DNA of 35,555 nucleotides, from IMG/VR virus record IMGVR_UViG_3300048583_000185, positions 1 to 35,555 of that record. The stretch is one strand, 5' to 3'. Positions 28,311 to 35,555 of the stretch are shown here, one piece after another. The position numbers and the translations under genes were made by a program. The notes under the pieces are model-generated. The model did no database searches. It was not told the DNA's origin and saw only the letters and a program-made list of their open reading frames with translations. The number at the start of each line of letters is the position of its first letter. The stretch's first letter is position 1. Source of the stretch: a virus.

Positions 28311-30028
28311 CAGCTGGAGATCGGATCGGCCAGGAAGTCGTCGATCGAAGATGTGTCGACCGCGCCAAGCATCGCCCGGCTCATGGCCAGGATTGCCGCC
28401 ACGGCGGCGTCGATCTTCTTCTCGGCGCTCGCCTTGCGCGGGAAGATGTTCTCGTTGCGGTCCTCGAACACCTCGACGTTCGAGAACATCCACATCGTGG
28501 CGCGGTTGCCGCAGTGGTGGAACCGACCGTCGTCCACCAGCGCGGCGATCATCTTCATCGGCTCGCTCAGGTTGCGGGTGGTCATCGGCACGTCGACCAC
28601 GGTGTAGCCCGCCTCCTGCAGCGAGGGCGCGATCTCACGCGAGCCCCATGCGTCCATCGGGATCTCGGCGATCACGTGCAGCTCGCTGTCGGCTTCCACG
28701 TCTTCCTGGATCTGCTTCAGGTTGATCATGTTGCCGGGCGTCTTGACCAGGTGCCCCTCAACCACCCAGCCGCGGTAGTGCTCGTTCTCGGGCTTGTTGA
28801 CCGCGGCCTCGGGCAGCCAGTTCTTGGTGAAGAGGTAGTAGTGCCACTCGCCGTCGACCAGGCGCCGGAACAGCGAAGCCTTCGAGGCGATGTCGGTCTT
28901 GCTGGCCAGGTCGAGGCCCTGCCAGCACTGCTCGCCGCGGAAGTCTTGGCGCTTCAGCGTGGGGTCGGCTGCCTTCTGCAGCGCCTCGAGGTTCAGCCAC
29001 GGGCTGGCGGCGTTCACCCAGACGTTGAGGTGCTTGGTCTTGAACACGGCCTGCTTGCGCGGGTCGCGCACGGCCTCGGCCTGGTCGGCGATCAGCTTCT
29101 CGGCGTCTATCGACACACCCAGGTTCGGGTTGGCCTTGAAGAGCACGGCCGGGTCGGTCCAGTCGTCGCCCTTGTCAATCGTGTAGATGACGCCGAAGCG
29201 GCGCTCGTCGACCACCACGCCCTCAAGCACCTTCTGCAGCTCGAGCTGGTGCGTGAAGCACGGCCCGCCGATGTTGCTGCCGGCGGTAGTGATCATCAGC
29301 AGCAGCGGCTGCGAGCGCGCACCCATGCCGGTCCACATGGTGTCGTACAGCTCGCTGGTGCTGTGCTCGTGGTACTCGTCGACGATGGCGCAGCTTGGCG
29401 AGGCGCCATCGCCGGGCTTGCCGATCAGCGGCTCGAACTTGCTGTTGGTGTCGATCACCGCCAGGTTGGAGACGTTAGGCACCACGCCGAAGGTCGACCG
29501 AAACTCGGGGCTGGCCATCGCCATCTTGCGGGCCGGGCCGAACACCTCGTGCGCCTGGTCGCGGCTGGTGGCACCGCTGTAGACCTCGGCGCCGAACTCG
29601 CCGTCGAAGGCCAGCATGTAGAGGCCGGCCACGCTGGCCTTGGTGCTCTTGGCGTTCTTTCGCGGCACGAAGATGTCGGCCTTCCGAAAGCGCCGCTTGC
29701 AGGTGACCATGTGCACCCAGCCAAAGATGCTGGCCAGCGCGAACACCTGCCAAGCGCCCAGCACGATTTTCTCGCCGCGCGCCGCCCAGTCGCCCTTGAT
29801 GTGGTGCATCAGCTCGGCGAAGCCGCACACGCGGTTGGCCGGGCGGTAGGTCTTGCCCTTGCCGTCGACCAGCTCGGGGTTGAAGACGTAGGGGAGGGCC
29901 TCGGTGCCGGCGCGCTCGAGGTCTCGCAGGTGGCGCTCGCAGGCCAGGCGCACCCACTTGCAGGCCACGATGGTGCCGCTGCAGACGTCCGCAGCGTACT
30001 GCGTGGCGATGACGGCGTAGTCCTTCAT
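28310..30028 (-). CDS. terL: Terminase large subunit, 572 aa
   Basis: Terminase_1-type: RKNAKSTKASVAGLYML (Walker A-like), AIVDEYHEH (Walker B), nuclease part GLDLASKTDIASKASLF...AEKKIDAAVAAILA. Confidence 0.9.
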   Translation of the reverse strand: MKDYAVIATQYAADVCSGTIVACKWVRLACERHLRDLERAGTEALPYVFNPELVDGKGKTYRPANRVCGFAELMHHIKGDWAARGEKIVLGAWQVFALASIFGWVHMVTCKRRFRKADIFVPRKNAKSTKASVAGLYMLAFDGEFGAEVYSGATSRDQAHEVFGPARKMAMASPEFRSTFGVVPNVSNLAVIDTNSKFEPLIGKPGDGASPSCAIVDEYHEHSTSELYDTMWTGMGARSQPLLLMITTAGSNIGGPCFTHQLELQKVLEGVVVDERRFGVIYTIDKGDDWTDPAVLFKANPNLGVSIDAEKLIADQAEAVRDPRKQAVFKTKHLNVWVNAASPWLNLEALQKAADPTLKRQDFRGEQCWQGLDLASKTDIASKASLFRRLVDGEWHYYLFTKNWLPEAAVNKPENEHYRGWVVEGHLVKTPGNMINLKQIQEDVEADSELHVIAEIPMDAWGSREIAPSLQEAGYTVVDVPMTTRNLSEPMKMIAALVDDGRFHHCGNRATMWMFSNVEVFEDRNENIFPRKASAEKKIDAAVAAILAMSRAMLGAVDTSSIDDFLADPISS

Positions 30029-30035
30029 GCGCGCG

Positions 30036-30605
30036 TCAGAGGCTTCCGAAGCCGCCGGCCTGCTTATCATCGTCGCCCATGCCGGGCAGCGAGCGCTGCA
30101 GGTGGTTGCTGGGGTTGACGCGGCCGCGCGACGAAGGGCTCAGGCCAAACTCTGCGAGGTACTTGTTGACCTGCTCCATCGCCTTGTTCGAGATGACCCA
30201 GTGCGGGGAGTAGGTCATGTGGCCGCTGGGCGTGGGCACCGTGTAGCCGTCTCCGCCGGTGTAGGGCTCGCCCTTCGCCTCGGCCTCGGCCATCTTGGTC
30301 TGCGCCAGGGCCACGGCGCGCTGCAGCTGCAGCTCGGCCCACACCCAGCGGGCCCAGGCCTGGCAGTACAGCGCCAGGGCGCCGCGGTCGAGCTTGCTGA
30401 TGAGGCCGTAGCGCTCGAGCTCGGGCGTGATGCGCTTCCACTCCTTGCGGGCCTCGGGCAGCAGGTGCGGCGGGCAGCCGGGCACCTCGATCTCGGGCTG
30501 CAGAGAGTCCATCAGCTGCAGGTGCGCGTTGGCCAGCTTCGACGGGTTGCCCCGCAAGCGGTGTACGTTCGCCGGCAGGGGCTTCGGCCCGCGGGTGCCG
30601 GTCAT
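30036..30605 (-). CDS. terS: Terminase small subunit, P27 family, 189 aa
   Basis: GPKPLPANVHRLRGNPSK...EARKEWKRITPELERYGLISKLDRGALALYCQAWARW is the P27-family TerS pattern. Confidence 0.85.
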   Translation of the reverse strand: MTGTRGPKPLPANVHRLRGNPSKLANAHLQLMDSLQPEIEVPGCPPHLLPEARKEWKRITPELERYGLISKLDRGALALYCQAWARWVWAELQLQRAVALAQTKMAEAEAKGEPYTGGDGYTVPTPSGHMTYSPHWVISNKAMEQVNKYLAEFGLSPSSRGRVNPSNHLQRSLPGMGDDDKQAGGFGSL

Positions 30606-31066
30606 GATGCTGCCCCCCTGCCAAGGGTACCCCCCCCTCCCGAAACTCCCGCGCGAGAAACTTTGGTTGAGAGATCGGTCCTAGCGTCGTCGGCCCCAGA
30701 CTTTTGCACCCCCCCTCGGGCACGCGCTGCCTCGGCCGCGGTCTTCAGGCGGTGGCGCGCGACGCAGATGGTCTGCAGGTTCGACTCGTCATCGCTGCCG
30801 CCTTCCGCCTTCGGCACGCGGTGGTCAACGTGCGTGCCCTGGTGCACGATGCCATCGGCCATGCACGGCTGGCAGATGCCCGCATCGCGCTTCAGGATGC
30901 GCGCCCGCAACTTGTCCCACGCCGTGCCATAGCCTCGCTCGTGCCGGCTGCCACGGCGCGCATCGGCGAACTGGCCGACGATGACCTTGTGCGCCACGCA
31001 GCGGCTCGACCCATCGCGCACGAGGGCGCCACAGGCGATGCAGGGTTTGGGGGCGGCGTTGGGCAT
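30602..31066 (-). CDS. HNH endonuclease associated with the terminase, 154 aa
   Basis: CIACG...RGYGTAWDKLRARILKRDAGICQPC...THVDHRVPKAEGGSDDESNLQTIC..RH. ATGA overlap with terS. Confidence 0.8.
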   Translation of the reverse strand: MPNAAPKPCIACGALVRDGSSRCVAHKVIVGQFADARRGSRHERGYGTAWDKLRARILKRDAGICQPCMADGIVHQGTHVDHRVPKAEGGSDDESNLQTICVARHRLKTAAEAARARGGVQKSGADDARTDLSTKVSRAGVSGGGGTLGRGAAS

Positions 31067-31077
31067 AGGGACGAACG

Positions 31078-31110
31078 AAGGCCCCGCACACCTTGCGGTG
31101 CCGGGGCCTT
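31078..31110 (-). terminator. Hairpin AAGGCCCCG(G)CAC-CGCAAG-GTGCGGGGCCTT followed by CGTTCGTCCCT, between the Q-like gene and the late genes
   Basis: Read directly on the minus strand. Begins 38 nt after the Q-like stop and ends 11 nt before the HNH ATG. Confidence 0.45.
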
Positions 31111-31148
31111 GTGTGCGCAGGGTGCGCTCTCTCCGAGAATGCCTGAAT

Positions 31149-31535
31149 CTACCCCAAGCAGTGGTTGTTGCGATTGCTTTGCGCGGGTTCGCCGTGGTCG
31201 AGGGTCGCCGCCAGCTGCGCATGCGCCGCCTCGATGCGCCCGTGAACGGTATCCACCGCACAGCCGAGCCGCGCCGCCTGGTCAGGAAGCGGCAGTGTCA
31301 GTACGTAGTGCACGACCAGCGTGTTCTTCAGTCGCTGACTCAGCCGCTCGATGGCCCGGTGCGTCGACCTCGCATCGCTGGCGCTGCTCACCTTCATGCT
31401 TGGCGTGACCCCAGGCGATGGTGGCATCCAGTCCTCGTGCAGCACGCTCATCACCGGGTAGCCCGACCCATCGCCCACGGTCACCGCCTGCGCCCACCGC
31501 TGCAGCCGCTGCTCGACCCAGTCAATTCGCGCCAC
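31149..31535 (-). CDS. Late-gene regulator, antiterminator Q-like, 128 aa
   Basis: RIDWVEQRLQRWAQAV...GSGYPVMSV... and the C-terminal HTH LVVHYVLTLPLPDQAARLGCAVDTVHGRIEAAHAQL resemble the Phage_antitermQ family. Lies just upstream of a terminator and the packaging genes. Confidence 0.55.
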   Translation of the reverse strand: MARIDWVEQRLQRWAQAVTVGDGSGYPVMSVLHEDWMPPSPGVTPSMKVSSASDARSTHRAIERLSQRLKNTLVVHYVLTLPLPDQAARLGCAVDTVHGRIEAAHAQLAATLDHGEPAQSNRNNHCLG

Positions 31536-31812
31536 GGCTCACCTCCGGGTTGCGCAAGACCAGGATGGCCTGCGTCCTGGTGATCATCGGCAGCGCACTC
31601 TCGCCGAGCGCCGGATCGTTGTCGAAGGGCGTGCCGATCGAGATCGGCCCCTCTCGCGCATACAGCCAGCCCGGCTCGCCGAGCACCACGCTGCGATGCC
31701 AGCACAGCGCCACGTGCTCGGCGCCGAACTGCATCCGCTTCTCCTTCATCAGCCTGGCCACGCCAGGCATCATTCCCGGCAGCCAGGCCCATCTGCTTCG
31801 ATCACTGTCCAT
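31522..31812 (-). CDS. Hypothetical protein, 96 aa
   Basis: AAGGAG upstream of the ATG. Protein-like composition. Confidence 0.55.
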   Translation of the reverse strand: MDSDRSRWAWLPGMMPGVARLMKEKRMQFGAEHVALCWHRSVVLGEPGWLYAREGPISIGTPFDNDPALGESALPMITRTQAILVLRNPEVSRGAN

Positions 31813-31990
31813 ATGTCCTTGACTCCTTCATTGACACCTGAGAGGTGAAGGCACTCGCACGCGCGCGCCTGTGCGCACCCACGCCCGCCCGCCCCTGCTG
31901 GCTGGTGGACACCTGGACGGCCCGGAACACAGCTCTGCCCTGAGACCCCAGCCGGCCAACTGGCCAGACGCTGAGCGCTCACTGCAAACA

Positions 31991-32006
31991 CGTGGACACG
32001 TGGACA
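31991..32006. repeat. Tandem 8-mer CGTGGACA x2 (a related GGTGGACAcCTGGAC lies at 31904-31918)
   Basis: Read directly in the 286-bp non-coding gap. The 10-bp palindrome TGAGCGCTCA at 31972-31981 is nearby. Confidence 0.6.
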
Positions 32007-32098
32007 TCGCAGGCATCCCGGGGCGCCGGGCCGCGCGGGCTCACATAGGCGGCCTCACGCCGACGGCCCCGACCTGCACCGCGCACGGTGGTCCCTGG

Positions 32099-34789
32099 TC
32101 AGAACGGGCAGTCATCTGGCGTGCCTGTGGGTTGAGCGCCCGGCTGTGGGCGCGTTGCGGGTTCGCTGACACCAGCGAAGGTCTGCGGAGCATCGGTCGG
32201 CCGCTTGAACATCCAGGGCCGGTCGCCGCGACTGCTGCGGAAGCGGTGCCAGCCCGCCTGCCTCAGCGCCGCCGTGGCCTGCCTCAGCAGCACATGGCTC
32301 TGCTTGTCGACGCTGATGCCGAGTCGGCCAAGCAGCTCGGGCGCGCTGATCTCGTTGACCAGCGTGCCGTTCTCGTTGTGGATGCCGACCCGCTGATCCG
32401 CGTCGTACAGGTAGCGAAGGACCGCTGCCGCGATGGCGTTCTCGATCTGCCGCTGCTGCTGCTGCGGGTCGAACAGATCCCGCTGCTCCTTGAAGGTCGG
32501 GAAAAAGCGCTCGCCAGCTTCGAAGTACGTCAGCGCCTCGGCGAACATCTGGTCGCGGTTTTCCCGCAGCCACTCGAGGTCGATGCGCCGGGTCACCCGC
32601 ACGGGCCAGAAGCGCCGGTTGCCCGTCGGGTCGACTAGGTAGTGGTCCTCGTTCGTGGTGCCGATGAACACCACCTGCCGCGGGTAGTCCTTCGGCCGCC
32701 GGTCGAAGCTGGCACGGAACCGATCTTTGGCGCTGCTGATAAAGCTCTTGACCTTGGTGACCTCGGCCTTCGTCAGGCTGTCCAGCTCGCCCCACTCGTA
32801 GATCAGCACGCCCTGCAGGTTCTGGTAGCTGTCCTTGTCGCCCAGCACCAGGCCGGTGTCGGCGAAGTAGTCGCCACCCAGGATGCGGGCGAGCGTGCTC
32901 TTGCCCATGCCCTGCCCGCCTTCGAAGATCGGCATATAGTCGAACTTGACGCCCGGCTGCAGCACGCGCGCGCAGATCGCCATCACCATCCACGTGCCCA
33001 CGCGCTGCAGGTACTGGTGCAGTGGGTCGGCATCGTCCCACTCGTCCTCTTCCAGGCAGCACCGCCGCAGCCAGGTCGCCAGCCGCTTGGTGCCATCCCA
33101 GGCGCCGCGCAGGCCGTCCAACTGCTGCCGCACCGGGTGGAAGCGGTGGCGCTTGCTCACCATCGCCACGGCCTCTTCCAGCGTGCCGCGCGGCATGCTG
33201 GGCAGCCAGTGCGCGCGCACCAGCCAGTTGCCCAGCTCGAGCTCGTCGGTCTCGTCCCACACGCCGGCCGGCGTGCCCCAGGGCGAGTGCTTCAGCTTCA
33301 TCACGTCGTTGGTGAACTCGTTGAACGCCACCACGCCGGCGGCCTCGGGCACACCGAGCACACCGCGCTCGGGCAGGCCGTCCAGGGCCAGCACCACGTT
33401 CTCGCGCACCGGCCGCACGGCGCCGCTGCCCGCCAGCAAGAGGTGCTTGCGCCAGGAGCTGTCGCCGCCATCGTCCTGGCCCGCGCCAGCAGAAGGAGGG
33501 ATAGAAATGCCTCCCGGAGCATTGCCCACCTTGGCCCTGGCGGCGTCGTCGGGCGCCACGAAGGGCTGGCCCGATCGGATGTAATCGCGCACCTTCGCCG
33601 GGTCCCATCCATCGGCCACCGCGTCGGCAATGTCCCATCCATCCGGCCGCACGCCAGGCGCCTGCATGGGCAGCATGTAGACCGTACAGCCGTGCTCGGC
33701 CAGCAGCAGCGAGCCGATGCCGACCATCGCCTGATAGCCCGGCTGCCGCTCGAGCGGCATCACCGGCTTGCTGGTGGCCAGCACGCCGCTGTCGCGCTCC
33801 TCGCGCGTGAGTCGCTGCCGCTGCGCGTCGGCATCCGGCCACAGGTACACCGTGCGGCCCATCAGCCAGCCCCAGCGCGCCATCGCCCAAGCCTTGCAAC
33901 CACCGGGCCAGCTGATGAAGTCGAACTCGTTCCCCAGCAGCTGGTGCCCGGCCTCGGCGCACTTCTCGCCCTCGACGATCACCACCGGCACGTCCGCCGG
34001 CGTGCCGCTCAGCAGCGTGGCCGGCACGTACAGCGGGCGGGGGGCGGCCCACTGCTTCCAGTGCCACCGCTGGCTGCCGCGCTCGTCCTGCAGATCCTGG
34101 CACCAGGTCAGCGGCAGCGTGTCCTTGACCGTCTCGCCCTTGCTGTTGACCCGTTCGAAGCGGGCCACGAAGCCGAAACGCTCGCCCTCGAAGGCGTACT
34201 CCCACGTGCGCACTGCATCGAACTCGACCCAGCGGTCCTGCGTGCGATCCTTGAACCCATGGCGGAAGCGCGTCGGTACCGGCGCATGCTTCGGCACCGG
34301 CAGCACGCTCAGCCAGCGCTCGGCCCGGGCCCGGTGCGCCGGTACTGCGCCGTGCTCCGCGGGCGGGCCGTCGTCGGGCGGTGGCTCGTCCGATGCTGCC
34401 GCGAGATCCGGCGCTGGCGCCGGCCGCTCGCCTGTGGGCTGCGTTGCCGTGCTTCTTGCTGGCGTCTCCACGGGCCGGGGAGCCTGGCGCTCCCAGCCGA
34501 GATCGGCGATCAGCTCGCGCGCGGCTTCGCCGTTGCTCAGGTTGCGGATGCGCGCGTACAGGCTGATCAGGTCGCGGCCGACGTCCTGGTCCGGCGCGCC
34601 GTTATCGATCCACTGTCCGGTGCGCAGGTTGACGTTGGCACTCTCGCCCGGGTTGCCGTCGAAGTCGCCGATGTACCAGCGCCCGTTGCGTTCCACCCCG
34701 TTCGGCAGCCAGCGCTGCACGAATTCGTCCACCCTGGAAAGCAGGGCGGCGGCAAGGCGGCCGAAGTCAATCGGCACGAAGTCGGCCAT
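32099..34789 (-). CDS. Bifunctional primase-helicase (TOPRIM plus VirE/D5-type P-loop NTPase), 896 aa
   Basis: TOPRIM VVIVEGEKCAEAG...LWPDADAQ. VirE-type FEGGQGMGKSTLARILGG...VLIYEWGELD...VVFIGTTNE...GNRRFWPV. Confidence 0.85.
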   Translation of the reverse strand: MADFVPIDFGRLAAALLSRVDEFVQRWLPNGVERNGRWYIGDFDGNPGESANVNLRTGQWIDNGAPDQDVGRDLISLYARIRNLSNGEAARELIADLGWERQAPRPVETPARSTATQPTGERPAPAPDLAAASDEPPPDDGPPAEHGAVPAHRARAERWLSVLPVPKHAPVPTRFRHGFKDRTQDRWVEFDAVRTWEYAFEGERFGFVARFERVNSKGETVKDTLPLTWCQDLQDERGSQRWHWKQWAAPRPLYVPATLLSGTPADVPVVIVEGEKCAEAGHQLLGNEFDFISWPGGCKAWAMARWGWLMGRTVYLWPDADAQRQRLTREERDSGVLATSKPVMPLERQPGYQAMVGIGSLLLAEHGCTVYMLPMQAPGVRPDGWDIADAVADGWDPAKVRDYIRSGQPFVAPDDAARAKVGNAPGGISIPPSAGAGQDDGGDSSWRKHLLLAGSGAVRPVRENVVLALDGLPERGVLGVPEAAGVVAFNEFTNDVMKLKHSPWGTPAGVWDETDELELGNWLVRAHWLPSMPRGTLEEAVAMVSKRHRFHPVRQQLDGLRGAWDGTKRLATWLRRCCLEEDEWDDADPLHQYLQRVGTWMVMAICARVLQPGVKFDYMPIFEGGQGMGKSTLARILGGDYFADTGLVLGDKDSYQNLQGVLIYEWGELDSLTKAEVTKVKSFISSAKDRFRASFDRRPKDYPRQVVFIGTTNEDHYLVDPTGNRRFWPVRVTRRIDLEWLRENRDQMFAEALTYFEAGERFFPTFKEQRDLFDPQQQQRQIENAIAAAVLRYLYDADQRVGIHNENGTLVNEISAPELLGRLGISVDKQSHVLLRQATAALRQAGWHRFRSSRGDRPWMFKRPTDAPQTFAGVSEPATRPQPGAQPTGTPDDCPF

Positions 34790-34793
34790 GCGC

Positions 34794-35090
34794 TCAGCGA
34801 GCCGGGTCGTTGTAGCAGTCGGCGAACACGAAGAACGCGCGGTGCAGCGCGTCCAGGTGGTCGCCCAGCTCGTCCCCTGCCGGCGCCACGGCCAGCGCCG
34901 TCGGCACGCCCAGCAGCGCGGGCCGCCCGGCCTCGAGCACCACGAGCTCGCCGCGGTCGACCATGCGGCTCGCCGTGTAGCGCGCCGCGCTGTAGCCCAC
35001 CTGCGCCCGCTCGGCCAGCGTGCGCACCGGGCCCGGGCCCTGTGACGCGGCCTTCACCAGCGCCTGGCTCAACTCACCTCGCGGCCGCAT
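34794..35090 (-). CDS. Hypothetical winged-helix-like protein, 98 aa
   Basis: TGATG overlap with the upstream ORF. VRTLAERAQVGYSAARYTASRMVDRGELVVLE looks like a wHTH. Confidence 0.5.
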   Translation of the reverse strand: MRPRGELSQALVKAASQGPGPVRTLAERAQVGYSAARYTASRMVDRGELVVLEAGRPALLGVPTALAVAPAGDELGDHLDALHRAFFVFADCYNDPAR

Positions 35091-35353
35091 CAGCCCACCC
35101 TGCGCAGCAGACGAAAGTTCACAGCGCTCAGCACAAAGCTCTCGCCATTCACCGGACTGGCAGGCGTGCCGTCCTTCCGGTCGTACACAAGCAGTGCAAA
35201 GGCGTTGCGCTGGTTGCCGCAGCTTTGCTGGTACAGCCTGCACCGCCGCCCGCTAGGAGCCAGATACACCGCAGAATGATCAAGCTCTAGGCGGTCTGGC
35301 GACCGGCTGCATACAGCATCTGCAAGCGCTCGTGTGTTCGCCAGCGCACTCAT
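35090..35353 (-). CDS. Hypothetical protein, 87 aa
   Basis: ATG overlaps the RHH stop (ATGA). A G9 run lies 5 nt upstream and acts as an SD-like element. Confidence 0.5.
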   Translation of the reverse strand: MSALANTRALADAVCSRSPDRLELDHSAVYLAPSGRRCRLYQQSCGNQRNAFALLVYDRKDGTPASPVNGESFVLSAVNFRLLRRVG

Positions 35354-35555
35354 CGACGCCCCCCCCCTACATCATCGGCAATGCGTTCTGATGCACTGAA
35401 CTCGATGACATTGCCGTCGCCCTGCATGACACTGGCCGCATGCCCAAACGCATGCCGCTCCAACGTCAGCCGGATGTATTCGCTCAGCGACCGCTCGTCG
35501 CGGGCGGCCAGGCGCATGAGCGCGGTTTCCAGCGTGTCGCTGATGCGGATCGTCG
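35350..35555 (-). CDS. RHH protein gene, 3' part (same gene as feature 1-155; 35429-35555 duplicates 1-127)
   Basis: Hand-translated across the junction. Stop TGA at 35352-35350. Confidence 0.7.
   Translation of the reverse strand, partial: TIRISDTLETALMRLAARDERSLSEYIRLTLERHAFGHAASVMQGDGNVIEFSASERIADDVGGGRR
35429..35555. repeat. Terminal overlap identical to 1-127
   Basis: Verbatim identity read by eye. Confidence 0.95.

Larger units (their letters stand above)
1..35555. mobile_element. Complete circular genome of a temperate tailed phage (HK97-type head module, lambda/GTA-type tail tip); unique length 35,428 bp
   Basis: Ends overlap by 127 identical bases. The window contains integrase plus attP, a CI/Cro-type switch, primase-helicase, a Q-like regulator, HNH-TerS-TerL-portal-protease-capsid, connectors, tail and lysis genes. 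Confidence 0.9.

Noticed and set aside
35090-35555. RHH protein plus the 87-aa ORF as a toxin-antitoxin pair.
   Set aside because: The downstream protein shows no RelE, ParE, Doc, PIN or other toxin motif that I can recognise. The pair heads the replication operon, so a regulator plus a replication accessory protein is more economical.
1-35555. CRISPR arrays, retron or diversity-generating retroelement components, rRNA or complete tRNA genes, and insertion sequences.
   Set aside because: I saw no regularly spaced direct repeats, no reverse-transcriptase motif (YxDD) in any credible ORF, no template/variable repeat pair near the fibre genes, and no transposase-like ORF or terminal inverted repeats.
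35429-35555. The 127-bp terminal repeat as a physical direct terminal repeat of the virion DNA.
   Set aside because: It interrupts a coding sequence. Its length equals a typical assembler k-mer, and the packaging module (HNH plus P27-type TerS plus TerL) is of the cos type. An assembly overlap on a circular molecule is the simpler reading.

Overview
The window is one complete, circularly closed genome of a temperate tailed phage. It is visibly GC-rich. Bases 1-127 are identical to 35429-35555, so the unique length is 35,428 bp.

Layout:
- A CI/Cro-type switch at about 936-1760 has two copies of a nested palindromic operator.
- A plus-strand early/accessory operon spans 1798-7586. It holds small hypothetical proteins, a dNMP-kinase-like P-loop protein, an HNH-like protein, a C5 cytosine methyltransferase, an integron-type integrase and an excisionase-like HTH.
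- A phage tyrosine integrase (minus strand) sits next to an attP region that carries the 3' end of a tRNA gene.
- One long minus-strand unit starts at the Cro-like gene and wraps through the window junction. In transcription order it encodes an RHH protein, a primase-helicase, a Q-like regulator, HNH, TerS, TerL, portal, protease, HK97-type capsid, connectors, major tail protein, G/GT chaperone with a -1 frameshift, tape measure, a GTA/lambda-like tail tip, and endolysin plus holin.

Most unusual observation: a structurally complete integron lies inside the phage early operon. It has an IntI-type integrase (6319-7350), an attI-like site directly upstream, and two imperfect palindromes (5901-5985 and 4779-4832) with textbook attC geometry. 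These bound two cassettes, an 82-aa ORF and the methyltransferase. Both cassette ORFs are inverted relative to attC polarity and co-oriented with the phage operon.

The methyltransferase cassette also holds two almost completely overlapping same-strand ORFs of 351 and 343 codons, and both look protein-like.

Everything here comes from reading the sequence and the ORF track by eye. No searches, folds or statistics were run. Family names rest on motifs I recognise.
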